DNA from: Octopus vulgaris
Lineage: Eukaryota
DNA: 64,000 bases
Direction: 5' to 3'
Assembly: GCA_951406725.2 (NCBI GenBank)
Contig: OX597817.1
Location: 78,368,001 to 78,432,000 of the forward strand
The notes under the pieces are model-generated. The model saw nothing but the letters and a program-made list of their open reading frames with translations. It was not told the origin of the DNA and searched no databases. Position 1 is the stretch's first letter, and each line of letters starts with the position of its first letter. Shown in pieces: positions 40,751 to 54,790 of the stretch. Made by a program: the position numbers and the translations under genes.

Positions 40751-40983
40751 ATAATAATAATGATAATAATAATAATAATCCTTTCTACTATAGGCACAAG
40801 ATCTGAAAATTTAGGGCTGCATAACTGGTACTTCATTTATCGACCCTGAAAGGATGAAAGGCAAAGTTGACCTTGGTGGAATTTGAGCTCAGAACACAAA
40901 GACAGATGGAATGTGGCTAAGCATTTTGCTTTGCATGCTAATGATTCTGCCAGCTCGTCACCTTAATAACAGTAATAATGATG

Positions 40984-41049
<66 letters not shown>

Positions 41050-41129
41050 GTAATTAGGGCAAAATATTTTCAAGTGAGTTTATGCATAATAACCTGGTTG
41101 AATAGCATGATGGAAGAGCAGCAACTGTA

Positions 41130-41840
41130 GTTGCAAAGAAAGTTAAATCAATAGCAAAGCAAAATCCATTTGAACAATTGGCTGCTAGGTGGGAACAAAA
41201 ACCTCTGCACAGCAAATATGTGGCCCGTAGCAAACAAGCACACCGATCTGTGGCTATGGAGCTCAGAGCTGAAGGCAGAGAGTGAAGGCTTTATCTTGGC
41301 TGCTCAAGATCAGAGTTTATTGACACAGAACTACCAAGCCAATGTGAGGAAAAATGTTGTAGACCCAATGTGCCGATACTGCAACGATGGGGTAGAAGCA
41401 GTCGACCACCTAATCTCTGGATGTAAGATTTTAGCACCTGTAGTGTACAAATCAAGTCATGACAGAGTTGGCCAACATCTACACTGGATAATGTATCAGT
41501 ATTATAAAATCAAAACTACTGACAAATGGTAGAAACACCACCCTGAGGCTGAAAATGTAACTATTCTTTGGAACTTCCCAGTATATACAAAACGGACCAT
41601 AAAAGCAAACAAACCAGATATTATTGTGAAATACCAAAACAATAAAGTCTGTTGATTGACATAAGTATATTGTGGCAAAAGAATTTGATAAGCTCAGAAA
41701 ATATAAAGATTTGGTCATCAAAATTGAAAAGTGATGGTAAGAGGACTTGGAATGATCAAAAAAGGAACTGAAAATTATCTAAGAATGATCCCCGGCTTAC
41801 CATCCCTACAGGAAGTACAAAAGATTGTCTTAACTGGTTG
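41130..41840 (+). pseudogene. R4/Dong-clade LINE 3' fragment
   Basis: LKAESEGFILAAQDQSLLTQNY...CRYCNDGVEAVDHLISGC...HDRV (CCHC knuckle and RHD), then the KPDI endonuclease motif. Confidence 0.9.
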
Positions 41841-42124
41841 ATCTCCCAGACAGATTTTAGAACTAGCAGTTTTGCTTATACATACATACATACATATATA
41901 TATATATACACACATACACACATGTATATAATCACTACAAGATACTACAATGATGTATTAATATATTAAGATGTATTGAACACATTATAGTATGTGTAGC
42001 TAGCAATTAAAAATCCAAAAGGAATTAATAAATAATGGGCGCAAAATTACTCCAGCAATTGCTAAAAATAAGAATAAAAAATAAACTCTGAGAGCCACAA
42101 AGCCTCAATTATATTTACAGGGAA

Positions 42125-42191
<67 letters not shown>

Positions 42192-42210
42192 TATATACAC
42201 ATATATATAT

Positions 42211-43073
42211 AGGGTGCGATGGGTAAATTGTTGCCAATTTATATTTTTTATTTCATGCATGCACAATGTTTGTTTTTAATTTTGTTGAGTACATAGTATA
42301 GTAGGGTCAGTTGGGCACCGTCTGTGAAAAAAACAGCACCATGATGCAATTCACTCTGCCACAAATTCCGAAATGACATGATCTACTACCTGGCATTCAT
42401 GCTGGAGGCTTCAATACAAACATGGCAGAGTGTTTGGATGTCAATCTGAGGATATGTACCAAGAGTGAAAAAATCAAACTTCCAGTCAAGATCATAGTGT
42501 TTGGAGTGATCACTAGTGATGGTGACGTTATGCCTCCATACATCTTCCTACATGGTCTCATACTCAACATAGAGGCCTACATCAAGTTCCTGGAGGAGGT
42601 AGTGCTGCTCTGGGTGAAGAGGGTGGCTGCTGGAACACCCTATGTCAGACACTGCACCATGCCACACATGCAGGAGAACCCAGTTATGGATATCAGACAA
42701 TTTCTGCAACTACATCACCCCTAAAATCTGGCCACCTAACTCCCCAGGTCGCAACCCCCTTCGATTATTATGTGTGGGGCACAGTTGAGCAAGAGAGCAA
42801 CAAAACTTCTTGTAAAACCAAAGATGAATGGAAGGCAAGGATTATGGCAGCATTCATCAACTTAAACAAGGAGTCCATCTAGAAGTGTTGCAGGAAATTT
42901 CAAAGTCGTCTAGAGGCCATGGTTGAAACCAAAGGCGATTTTGTTGAATAAATTTACTCTTTAGTATTTCAAGATATTTTTATGCAATTCTGGTAAATAT
43001 ATCTGTTAAAATGAGATGTCTGTATTATTTTCATTTCTACATAATTTAGATGACAATTTATTCACTACACCCT
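42211..43073 (+). mobile_element. Internally deleted maT/DD37D-like DNA transposon with TIRs
   Basis: Left agggtgcgatgggtaaattgttgcc versus right reverse complement agggtgtagtgaataaattgtcatc, in TA context. Encodes VFGVITSDGDVMPP and WPPNSP..NP.DYYVWG. Confidence 0.85.
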
Positions 43074-43271
43074 AAATATATATATATACACACACAACAG
43101 GCTTCTTTCAGTTTCTGTCTACCAAATCCACTGACAAGGTTTTGGTTAGCTTGAAGCTATAGTAGAAGATACCTACCCAAAGTGACATGCAGTGGGACTG
43201 AACCCGGAACCATATAGTTGGGAAGCAAGCTCCTTACCACACAGCCTTGCCTAATGATAACATTAATTATA

Positions 43272-43712
43272 AATCTTTCTAATTTTAGCACACAGCCAAC
43301 AATTTTCAAGGACAGGACAAGTCGATTATATCGACCACAAAAATGTGACTGGTACTTTATTCTTTCGACTCCAAAAAGATGAAAGGCAAAGCCAAGTTTG
43401 GTGGTTTTTGAACTCAGAACAGAAGCCTGAAAGAATGCTGCCAATTATTTTGTCCAATGTGTTATTGATTCTGCCATATCATGACCCTTTATAATTATTT
43501 TCCTTCTATTATTGTTACAAGGCCTGAATTTTTGTGGGAGAAGGCTAGTCAATTACATTAACCTCAGTGCTCAACTGGTACTTATTTCATCAATCCCAAA
43601 ATGATAAAAGCCTAAATCGATGTTACTGGAATATGAACCCAGAATGTAAAAAGTCTGAAATGCCACTCAACATTTTGTATGATTTGCTAGTAATTCTACC
43701 TGCTCACCACCT
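43272..43712 (-). mobile_element. Two tandem family M SINE copies
   Basis: Two successive actggtactt...tgaa(g/t)aaaggc...gaac(t/c)cagaa blocks. Confidence 0.8.
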
Positions 43713-43899
43713 TAAATAATATTAATAATGCCATATTTTCCAGCAATTACAGACCAAAATTTGAAAACCAAAAACAGATAGGCTGACTTATACACCAAGA
43801 TGACTATGGTGGACCAAAGAATTTATGTGAAACACATCAGAATTTGGAAAGATATTATTTGGAAAGATATTTGGAAAGACTATTATTTAATTTTTTACA

Positions 43900-44320
43900 T
43901 TAAATGAATCACCAATTTGAATGTTGGAAAATACAGAAACAAGCCTGCCAAATTACATGAAAATAAAATATCACAATTGTTGGAACTTTAATATTCAAAC
44001 TGATCAAACTATTTAGACTAACAGACCAGATATTGGGATATATATATAAAAAAATTCCAATGACAAGACATGTATGCTTATTGATATGTGAACCTCAGTT
44101 GACTGCAACACCTCTACGTAAACGTCTGAAAATTTCTATTGATATCTATAAATGAGTCATCTCAGAGGAACAATGGTTCCTGTAGTCATTCAAGCTTTAG
44201 GGTTACAATTTTTAAATACAATACAATGATCAGTTACCTGGTAAACCAAAAGTATTTAGAACTATTAAATTTTTTTTTAATGTGTACAATCTATATCTTA
44301 AGAAAACACTATTGATCTAA
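43900..44320 (+). pseudogene. Highly degraded R4/Dong endonuclease-region fragment
   Basis: tggaactttaatattcaaactgatcaa...aacagaccagatatt = WNFNIQTDQ...NRPDI, followed by LID. Confidence 0.7.
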
Positions 44321-44349
44321 ATTATGTGGATCTTATAAAATTTTTCAAC

Positions 44350-44761
44350 CAGAGTGGCTGTGTGGAAAGTAGCTTGCTTACCAACCACATGGTTCCAGGT
44401 TTAGTCCCACTGCATGGCACCTTGGGCGAGTATCTTCTACTATAGCCTCGGGCTGACCAAAGCCTTGTGAGTGGATATGGTAGACAGAAACTGAAAGAAG
44501 CCTGTTGTATATATGTATATATGTGTATGTATGTGTGTGTGTGTGTGTATGTTTGTGTGTCTGTGTTTGTCCCCCAACATCACTTGACAACCGATGCTGG
44601 TGTGTTTACGTCCCCGTAAATTAGTGGTTCAGCAAAAGAGACCGATAGAATAAGTACTAGGCTTACAAAGAATAAGTCCTGGGGTCGATTTGCTCGACTA
44701 AAGGCGGTGCTGCAGCATGGCCGCAGTCAAATAACTGAAACAAATTAAAGAGTAAAAGAGT
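44350..44761 (+). mobile_element. Full-length family B SINE
   Basis: Same structure as 31650-32055 on the opposite strand. Confidence 0.92.
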
Positions 44762-45449
44762 ATAATTATTAGAAAAAAGTTTAATCAAATCTTGTCCTGT
44801 TTCCTAGAAATATATCATTACTACTCATAAATAACACCCACAGTAAAATGTCCAAATTGTTGTTTCTTGAGGTTTCTGTTTGAGACTGGAATAGCTCATA
44901 TAAAACAAAGCATCTACAACAACAATGGAAGCATCTGCATACTAATATATGCTTGTTAGTTTGCCCTTGGAGTGAGTGAGAGGTGGAGTAAAAGTGAAAG
45001 AAAGGTGGGGGAAGAAATGTGAGTAGAGAAGAAAGAAGAAAGGAATATAATAGTACATTAAGGCCAAATGCATCACGTGGTTAATAGAAGGGAAAAGCAA
45101 CGAGCAAAAGGAAACGATGGTAAGAGAAAGGTGGAAGAGGTAAGTGTTAATAATGTGCTGTAAGGTGAGGAGGGAAAGGCAAAGAGAAAGAGAGCAATAT
45201 TAAAGAAATGAAGAGGGTATTACATGGTTAAACAGTTTCTTGAAGAGGCAGAGAGGAAGAGAGAAATACAAAGTGCTTAGCAGAAGGAACTTTCAAAATC
45301 ATATAATATGTTGTTGTGACTGGAAGTGAACTAAGCAAAATGAAAATAACAATCATCCTTTCTTTCATAAATAGCTTCTCTTAATCTTTTTCATTCTGTG
45401 GAATTTCCACAGGGCCCACTAGTAATAATAATAATAATAATAATAATAA

Positions 45450-46458
45450 GTTTTGGCGCATGAAAACCCCTGCCAAAACTGCGGCCTTAGATATTCTGAA
45501 TAATAAATGGCAAGAAAAACCTCTCTATGGCAAATACCCAAAGAGAGCGAATAATGCAGATATTGACAAAGCCCTGACCCATCAATGGCTAATGGCCTCT
45601 GGCTTAAAATCTGAAACAGAGGGGTTTATCATAGCAGCTCAAGATCAATGCCTACCAACAAGAAACTACCAGGCCAACATATTAAAGAACGGCAGTAGCC
45701 CAACATGTCATGTATGCCGACAACAAAATGAAACCATTGATCATGTTGTCTCCAAATGCAGTCTTCTAGTGCCTACAGAGTACCTCAACAGGCATGATAG
45801 AGCTGCACAATATATTCACTGGGTAATTTGCAAAAACCTGGATTTGCCCCATGAAAAAAACTGGTGGGAACACAATCCACCTCCAGTGCTTGAAAATGAC
45901 CACATCTCACTCCTCTGGAACTTCACCATTCAAACTGACAGAAAGATAGATGCAAATAGGCCAGACATCATAGTGAAAGACTTCAGACAAAGAACATGCC
46001 TCCTCATTGATATGACTGTCCCAATCGATATAAACGTATCTGTCAAGACCTACCAAAAACTGAGCAAATAAAAAGATCTTGAAATAGAAATCAGCAAAAT
46101 GTGGAAGCTGAAGACTAAAACAATACCTGTTGTCATAGGTGCCCTGGGAATGATAGCAAAAGGGACTGATTGCTACCTAACTCAGATACCAGGAAACCCC
46201 AACTTGGCAGAAATTCAAAAGATAGTGCTCATGGGAACTGCTCATATCCTACGCAAAATACTCTCTATGTAATCCCAAGGTTTAAAACAAAAGTTTTTTT
46301 TTTATGTATTAGACATTCACTAGTACAACACAAAAAAACCCCCAAATATATGGCACACTAGGCATAACAACAACGTGAACTTCCAACCTGTTGTCTCTTG
46401 AGGTCTCTGGGTGAGACTTGGAGCCAACTTGTACAGACATAGGCAAACGTCAAACATA

Positions 46459-46459
<1 letters not shown>
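45450..46459 (+). mobile_element. 5'-truncated R4/Dong-clade LINE inserted in (TAA)n
   Basis: ORF 45460-46071: GLKSETEGFIIAAQDQ, CHVC...HVVSKC, RHD, RPDII..LIDMTVP..K.QKLSK (RLE endonuclease). (TAA)n on both sides. Confidence 0.95.
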
Positions 46460-46517
<58 letters not shown>

Positions 46518-46534
46518 GTAATAATAATAATAAT

Positions 46535-47089
46535 TGCACTGATGCAGTACCAGGTAGTGGCTCTCGTGGCTTCTGATCTTAATTGATTGGAAGTGTTATC
46601 ATGTACATTGTTTTGTCTTGGTATAAAAGATGGGCTATAGCAAATATTCTGCTCAATACCACAGATTCGTTTGTCAGTTGTTTGACCATAACCAGTTGAG
46701 CATGTCCTTTAGTGGCTGATGATATGTGCATCTCTGATCATGAGCAGAAGTAGTGGGGGAGCATCATAGCCATGTGTTGAGAGGGATTCTTTGACATTTG
46801 AATAATTCACCTCTGGAAACATGGGTGTTCCATTCAACATACTTAAACAACTCTTATTCAGGGACCTGTTGAGTGGGATAGGTTACTTGACCAGAAGAAA
46901 ATTCTAACGGGGCCGCACCTGCAAAGTCATGCGCTGTTTATCTTGATATGAGATCAACATGTCATGCACATACAGTTATGATGCATGTGCCTAGTGTACT
47001 CTTATCATATGGGTAGTCATGATGGGTATACTGGGCTTCATATATTTTACCCCAGTGTCAATTTGATGACATGCACTGCTCTCTCACTC
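46535..47089 (+). mobile_element. ~555-bp non-coding element flanked by (TAA)n (family T)
   Basis: Highly similar to 50688-51253. Both start at gc(a/c)ctgatgcagtaccagg and end gcactgctctctcactc-(AAT)n. Confidence 0.85.
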
Positions 47090-47206
<117 letters not shown>

Positions 47207-47241
47207 AACAACAACAACAACAACAACAACAACAATAATAA

Positions 47242-47450
47242 TCATTTCTGCTATAGGCACAAGGCCTGAAATTTGGGGGGCAGGGGACTTGTTGATTACA
47301 TCGACTCTAGGGCTCAACTTATTTAACTGACCCCAAAAATCTGAAAGGTAAAGTCGACCTCAGCAGAATTTGAACTCAGAACATAATAACAAGCTCAATA
47401 CCGCTAAGCATTTCGTCTAGCACTCTACCAATTTTGCCTGCTTGCAGCCT
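47242..47450 (-). mobile_element. Family M SINE
   Basis: ggcacaaggcctgaaattt...aaagtcgacctcagcagaatttgaactcagaac. Confidence 0.85.
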
Positions 47451-48889
47451 TAACAGCAACAACAACAACAATAATAATGATGATGAGAATGATGATGATA
47501 ATGATGATAACGATGATGACGATGAAGGTGGTGGTGGTGGTGGTGGTGGTGGTGGTGGTGGTGATGACAATGATGACAAGAAGAAGAAGAAGAAGACGAA
47601 GAAGAAGAAGAAGAAGATTGAGAAGAACTATAACAACATCAAAAAGAAACAGAAGAGTAACGATAAAGATGATATCAAAGAAGATATATATGAAATAGAA
47701 TTATAAAGTAAAATAAATAAAAATTTTTTAAAAATATAAGCTAACAAAGAATCCTAGTGTTAAACATATAAAAAAAAATGAAAAAATTTTTTTTAAATGG
47801 AAGAATCTGTGCCACAAATTAACCATAGAAAATTAACCAAAAAGTCTTCATCCTTTATCTGATTAAAAAAAAAATAGTAAAAAAAGACCCCAAAAAGTTT
47901 CTCAAAAACTATTCATTTAAACTTGTATAGACTTTTTAGAAATGGAGAATGAGATAATTCCTAGACCATGACAACTCGTTCAAGTGAGCTAATATTAATG
48001 TGTTCACCTTTGTTATCATTGAGTGAATACTATGTCTTTACATCAACCAATGAAAAGTACGTAATGTGTGTGTGTGTGTGTGTGTGTGCATGTGTGTGTG
48101 TTGTGTGTGTATGCATGTGTATGTGTATGTACCTTTAAATCACGGAAGAATTATTATGAAACCAAAAAATAAAGGAGAAAAAAATTAACCCTTGACTCAC
48201 TAGATGTAATTTTATAATTATTCATTGGGATTATTATTGGTAATATTCATGGTATAATTAATATCATTCATCATTATCATCAGTATTACCATTTAACGTC
48301 TGTCTTCCATGCTGGCATGGGTCAGAGGTTTAAATAAGATCTGATTAGATAGAGAACTATGTCAAGCTTCAGTGTCTACCTTGTTATGGTTCCTATGGCT
48401 GGATATCTTTCCTAATGTAAACCACATTACAAAGTGTATTGAGTGCTTTAATCTTTTTATTTTATTTTTATTGTTGCTGCACTGGTGCTATTTAGGTTAC
48501 CAAGTAACTCACAAGAAAAGACAACTCAAATAAATGTGGGTGTAGTAGATGGGAGTGGCTTTATGCCAGGTGTTGAGAGGTTACAGAATGATAGAGGGAT
48601 AAGAACAGGTATCTTGCTGTAAAGGAAATTTGTGGCTACCTCATCTGCTAAGAGACAAAAGACATAATGGTGATGAGATGTCGAAGCATAACCTCAAGGT
48701 ACAAAATGGTGAGTATAAGTATGAATACAGACAGGGGATCAAGAAGGTTGGATAGGTAGGTGGGTTCATGACAGTGTGAAAAGAGAGCAACATGATTAGA
48801 GATGGTGATAGAGGTGATTTAAGTGGAGAAAGTAATATATATATCATACGATTAGATGACATAACAAAAATATAATTTTTTTTTGTAAT

Positions 48890-49310
48890 AGGCATAGGAG
48901 TGGCTGTGTGGTGAGTAGCTTGCTTACCAACCACATGGTTCCGGGTTCAGTCCCACTGTGTGACACCTTGGGCAAGTGTTTTCTACTATAGCCTCGGGCC
49001 GACCAAAGCCTTGTGAGTGGATTTGATAGACGGAAACTGAAAGAAGCCTGTCGTATATATGTATACATATGTATATGTGTGTGTGTGTATGTTTGTGTGT
49101 CTGTGTTTGTCCCCCCCCCCACATTGCTTGAGATCCGATATTGATGTGTTTACATCCCTGTTACTTAGCGGTTCAGCAAAAGAGACTGATAGAATAAGTA
49201 CTAGGCTTACAAAGAATAAGTCCTGGGGCCGATTTGCTTGACTAAAGGCTGTGCTCCAGCATGGCCACAGTAAAATGACTGAAGCAAGTAAAAGTAAAAG
49301 TAAAGTAAGT
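48890..49310 (+). mobile_element. Full-length family B SINE
   Basis: ggcataggagtggctgtgtggtgagtagc...gactgaagcaagtaaaagtaaaag. Confidence 0.92.
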
Positions 49311-50007
49311 AAGTGTTATTTCCTATTTGCTTCTATCTAGAAATCAAAGGAAATGACTGCTATTCCCTTCAAACTTTGCCTTTATGTCCTGTACATCAAT
49401 ACTTTGAAACTAACCTATTTTCCATTACATTTCAGCCAGATTCAGTGCTGAATTGCAGAAGCAGAAATATTGTTATATCAAACATTTTGCTCAATACTAC
49501 AGATTTCCTTGTCAGTTCTTTGACAATAACCACTTGCGCATATCCCTTAGTGGCTGACAATATATGCATCTCAGCTCATGAGCAGGAGTTGTGGAGGAAG
49601 GAGTATCATAGTCATGTGTTGGGAGGCGGTTTTGGGGGTTTGAATAAATGTAATGAAAGCAATGTTTGAAGAAAATATTAGCTCTTTTTCATACTTTCTA
49701 GGAGTAAGCACATAAGAAATAACAGTTGCTACCCAAGGAAAAGTGTTATATGTATTATATAGTTATAACTTTAAAATGCATCTGGCAGTAAGGTGGTTTA
49801 AGAATTCCACCTCCTAACAAACCATTCTTCCAGGTCTACTCTGACCCAGACAGGAAGCATTTACCAGGGTCTCAGCTGTGGGTTAATTAGCATGTTATAG
49901 AATCGTCTCTGGAGGAATGTTGCTCACAGACACCCTAATGGACCCAGGCAGACGAGGCCCTTCAGCTCTTTACCTGCTCATCAAAGTCAATAATGATGAC
50001 AATAATA

Positions 50008-50041
<34 letters not shown>

Positions 50042-50086
50042 CGATGATGATGATGATGATGATAATAATAATAGTAATAATAATAA

Positions 50087-50545
50087 GGCTTAGAGACCAG
50101 ATATTGTTGTGGTAGATAAACGAAGAAAAGGAAACCAAGATCAGAGATATTGTAATACCTGGAGATGCACGCATAAGTGACAAAGACCTAGAAAGGATTG
50201 GAAAGTATAGACTACTAAAAAACAAAATTGCAAGAATGTGGACTATGAGGAGAGTGTCTGTCATTCCAGTAGTCGTAGGAGCACTAACAACGAAGTTCAA
50301 GAAATATGTCAAAGAAATTGTAATTGGCATGAGAGCAGAACAAGCTCCCAAAACTGCTCTGCTGGGGACAGCTAGGATTTTGAGGTTGGTATTTGGTTGT
50401 TGAATGTTTCCCCTCAGTAACTAACAACCAAGTATCAAAGCTTATAATGTGTGGAAAGAGAGCCTGTGACATCATTAACTGCTGGCTACTGTCCACTCTC
50501 ACAGAATCTACCAAAACAAACAAGACTGAGCATTCTGAGAAGTAA
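50087..50545 (+). pseudogene. R4/Dong-clade LINE extreme 3' fragment (distinct subfamily)
   Basis: RPDIVVVDK...DIVIPGDARISDKDLERIGKY...VIPVVVGAL...KTALLGTARILR. In (TAA/TGA)n context. Confidence 0.85.
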
Positions 50546-50600
50546 AACAACAATAATAACAATAATAGCAATAATGATGATGATGATAATGATGATGATG

Positions 50601-50637
<37 letters not shown>

Positions 50638-50654
50638 TATTAATAATAATAATA

Positions 50655-51253
50655 GATGCAGTACCAGACAGTGGCTCTCATGGTTATGCCCTGATGCAGT
50701 ACCAGGCAGTGGCTCTCATGGCTTCTGATCATAACTGATTGGAAGTGTTATCATGTACATTGTTTTGTCTTGGTATAAAAGATGGGCTACAGCAAATATT
50801 CTGTTCAATACCACAGATTTGCTTGTCAGTTGTTTGACCTTAACCAGTTGAGCATGTCCCTTAGTGGCTGACGATATGTGCATCTCTGATCACGAGCAGA
50901 AGTAGTGGGGGAGCATCATAGCCATGTGTTGAGAGGGATTATTTGGGGTTTAAATAATTCACCTCTGGAAACATGGGTGTTTCATTTAACATCCTTAAAT
51001 AACCCTTATTCAATAACCCTTATTCAAGGTTTTGAGTGGGATGGGTTACTCGACCAGAAGAAAATTCTAACTGGGCCCCACCTGCAAGGACATGTGCTGT
51101 TTATCTTGATATGAGATCACCAATGTCGTGCACATATGGTTCTGATGCATGTGCCTGGTGTGCCCTTATCAGACGAGTAGTCATGATGGGTATACTGGGC
51201 TTCGTATATTTTACCCCAGGGTCACTTTGATGGCATGCACTGCTCTCTCACTC
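50655..51253 (+). mobile_element. Family T element with a duplicated 5' junction
   Basis: gatgcagtaccagacagtggctctcatgg is repeated before the main copy. (AAT)n flanks. Confidence 0.85.
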
Positions 51254-51307
<54 letters not shown>

Positions 51308-51332
51308 AATAATAATGATAATAATAATAATG

Positions 51333-51389
<57 letters not shown>

Positions 51390-51409
51390 TAATTATAATA
51401 AAAACAATA

Positions 51410-51620
51410 ATTTCTCTTAAAGGCACAAGACCTGAAGTTTGGGGGAGGGTTTAGTCGATTATATCGATCTCAGTACTCAACTGGTACTTAATTTATTGAC
51501 CCTGAAAGAATGAAAGGCAAAATCGACCTTGGCAGAATTTGAACTCAGTACATAGCAACGGGTGAATTACTGCTAAGCATTTCATCCAGTGTGCTAACAA
51601 CTCCGCCAGCTCACCACCTT
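51410..51620 (-). mobile_element. Family M SINE
   Basis: Reverse complement of the 37521 element family. Confidence 0.85.
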
Positions 51621-51879
51621 AATAATAATAACAATAATAAAAATAATAATAATTTTTGCAAAGCTGGAAACGAACCAGGATATAACTCTCCAGAAACTGT
51701 CAGAAGAGTGTGATATGATATTAAAAGTAAGGCATGACACAGAAAAAATCCATTGCAGAGGTTGTTTACAGATAAAACCAGTATAGAAGACTCAAAAGAT
51801 GGATAAAGTGTTTCACAAAAATAAAAAAAAAACATGAAATAAACTCATTATGACATGTGGTGGTAGGCACCTGAGAATA

Positions 51880-52630
51880 CAGTGTCTGTTCAAAAAAGCC
51901 AAGTATTTTCATTGTGGGAACATGGGTCACATTAAATCCCACTGCAGAACTAAGATGATGAAAAATTGGACCAAATGAGAAAACACAAATAGTTTGTCAT
52001 CAGGGAAAAAAAGTTTGTATAACAAACAAAAAATTCATCAAGGTGAAAATCAAAACCACTTGTGTCAAAATACAATCAGACACAATTAGTGACATCACTA
52101 TCATAAATAAAGAAACATGGGGACAAATCAGTAAGCTGAAATTATTTAAATAAAACAAAGTAGCATATGGTGTTACAGGAAAGAAATTATATATCATTGG
52201 CAAATGTATTTTTGATGTATCTTTTTGAGGGGAGATGAAAAGGACAATCATTTATGTTGAAAAAAATCACTAAACTTATTTGGCACAGAATGCATGGAAT
52301 TATTTAAGATGTGAGATGCCCCCATTTGTGTTCTCTGTGAAAATGTAATTGCCATGGTTAAAAGTTCAAAGGAAGTTGAACAACTGAGACACAAAAGTTA
52401 AATAATTGTTTCCAAATGTTTTTTTAGAAGGATTAGGCAGTTGCACCAAAACAAAAGCAAGGTTTGTGGTAAAAGAAAAGGCAATACCTATTTTTAGGCC
52501 TAAATGGAATGTGCCATTTGTGGCATAGGACCAGGTCAACAAAGAGCTAGAAACCCTAGAAAGTCTAGCTATAACTGAAAAAGTTGTACATTCAGACTGG
52601 GCAGCTCTGGTGGTTTATTCGAAAAAAAAA
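51880..52630 (+). pseudogene. Ty3/Gypsy gag-pol fossil (knuckle, protease, start of RT)
   Basis: HCGNMGHIKSHC (zinc knuckle), IQSDTISDITII (decayed LDTGSD protease), FPNVFLEGLGSCTKTKARF...PIFRPKWNVPF...VNKELETLE...SDWAA. Confidence 0.85.
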
Positions 52631-52825
52631 TTTTTAATATTTGTACAACTTTTTTTAATATTTTTAATATTTGTACAACTTGTACAAATAAAAACAAAAT
52701 ATAAAAAAGGAGGTGGAGTGAATAAAGTAAAATAAAATTACTTGCTTACCAAAGAACAAAAAAACTAAAAATGGAGCTGTCGTAGTGAAAATGGTACTCC
52801 CCTTCCCACATGACAAAATGGTATG

Positions 52826-53078
52826 AGACCAACAAAACTCCTTGTAACAGCAAAAATGAACTGAAGGCAAGGATTATGGCAACGTTCATCAACTTAAACA
52901 AGGAGACCATCCAGAAGACTTGCAGGAGATTCCGAAGTCGTCTGGAGGTTGTAGTTGAAGCCAATGGTGATTTTATTGAATAAATTTCCTCTTTAGTATT
53001 TCAAGATATTTTCATGTAATTTTGGTGAATATATCTGTTAAAATGAGATGTCAGTGTTATTTTCATTTTTGCACCCTG
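52826..53078 (+). mobile_element. 3' fragment of the maT-like transposon
   Basis: Closely similar to 42795-43073. Confidence 0.85.
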
Positions 53079-53807
53079 TGTATATAAATATATAGATGGA
53101 GATAAAATACTCAAACAAAAAAAAAACATCAAATGCTCTCAAACAAACAAATACAAGATACTCTCAAGCTCTCACTACCACCATACTGCAAACACCACCA
53201 CCACCACCATTGAATTAATGACAAAATAACTTAACATGTAGTCTATTCCTTATTTTGATTGTTAAATTCTTTTGGGTATCACAAGTAGTTTAGCAATCAT
53301 ACACTGCATACCAAGAGAGCAACTAGGAGACATAAGAATAATTCTCAGTGAGCGACTCTCTTTTGGTTGATGGGCTTTCATTGTATGAGTCACGTGCATT
53401 TGTGTCAACACTCAACAAATATTTAAACACATGTTAGATAAAACTGTGTATACATATTGTTATATAGATAACATCACTTGTCTTTAATTGTGATTGGTCT
53501 CATATGAAGATGAAAAGCAATGCTGCACTGTACTGCTCATTAAATCTTGTACTTGTCTTATTCTATTCTGTTCTATTCACGTATTTCTATATAACCTATA
53601 GGGTCTTTCAGCAACGACAGTCTACTGCTGGTAGCACCACATCAGATCGTAGAATATTTAGATAGTTGGATAGATGGGCAGAAATGAAGTACAGAGACAG
53701 ATAGACAGACAGATAGACAGATAGCTGGATACAGTGATAGAATGACAGATAAATCAACAGAAACATATATATATATGTGCATATATATATATATACATAT
53801 ATATATG

Positions 53808-53845
<38 letters not shown>

Positions 53846-53853
53846 TACACACA

Positions 53854-53887
<34 letters not shown>

Positions 53888-54319
53888 CAGAGAGAGACAG
53901 AGAGAGAGGGACTGAGACAGAGTGAGATAAAGGAAGTAGAAGAAAGACATATCACTGTCTCTGTGCATACTGAGATAGCAAGGGATGAGCAAACTAATAT
54001 ATATATATATATATGTATGTATACATATTTATATATATATATGTATGTATGCGTGTATATATATATGTGTGTATTAGCACAGCTTTGGGAGTTATGGTAA
54101 CAAATTAACTTATCGGAGTCTCTCATGGGATTCTATAAAAGGAGATAACAGTGATTACAATGCAGAAGTTCTTTTATTTTTGGCATCAGTACCAAATTGT
54201 TTGCAGCGGTATGCTTATGTCAAGGGAGCAAATGAAATTCCTTGTCTTTCCAGTGGAAAAATTTCAGAAATCATCATAAATGTGAGGCTTGTCAATTCCC
54301 TTGCCCACTTCCTCCCTAC

Positions 54320-54353
<34 letters not shown>

Positions 54354-54790
54354 TCATGCGTATATATGTATGTGTATATGTACATGTATGTATGATGTGT
54401 GTACATATACACACATGTACAAACACGGCAGAGACAACAATGACAGCATCAGCATCAATATTAGTGACAGCGATGAAGGTAAGAATAAGAACAAGAATGA
54501 TGTCAGAGAAAGGGGACAAAGAAAGCTAGCAATATAGGGCTATAAAGATGCAATTGATTTGACGAAGGATCGAAGTTACTACTGCTACTGCCACTACCAC
54601 CACCACCACCACTACAACTACTACTACTACTACTACTACTACTGCCGCCACTGACACCACCACCACCACAACCAACACCAGCACCAACACCAGCACCACC
54701 ACCACTACCACCACCACCACCACCAACACCACCACCACCACCACCATCATCATCATCATCTTTTTATTATTACTGCTATTATTATAATTA

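Noticed and set aside
46535-46600. HDV-like ribozyme at the 5' end of family T
   Set aside because: The putative L3 loop is too short and P1/P2 pairings are unconvincing.
53237-53640. Possible solo LTR (TG...CA with ATTAAA) near the Gypsy fossil
   Set aside because: No second copy, TSD, PBS or PPT could be confirmed.
54134-54142. TATAAAAG as a promoter
   Set aside because: Expected by chance in AT-rich DNA, and no downstream exon is evident.
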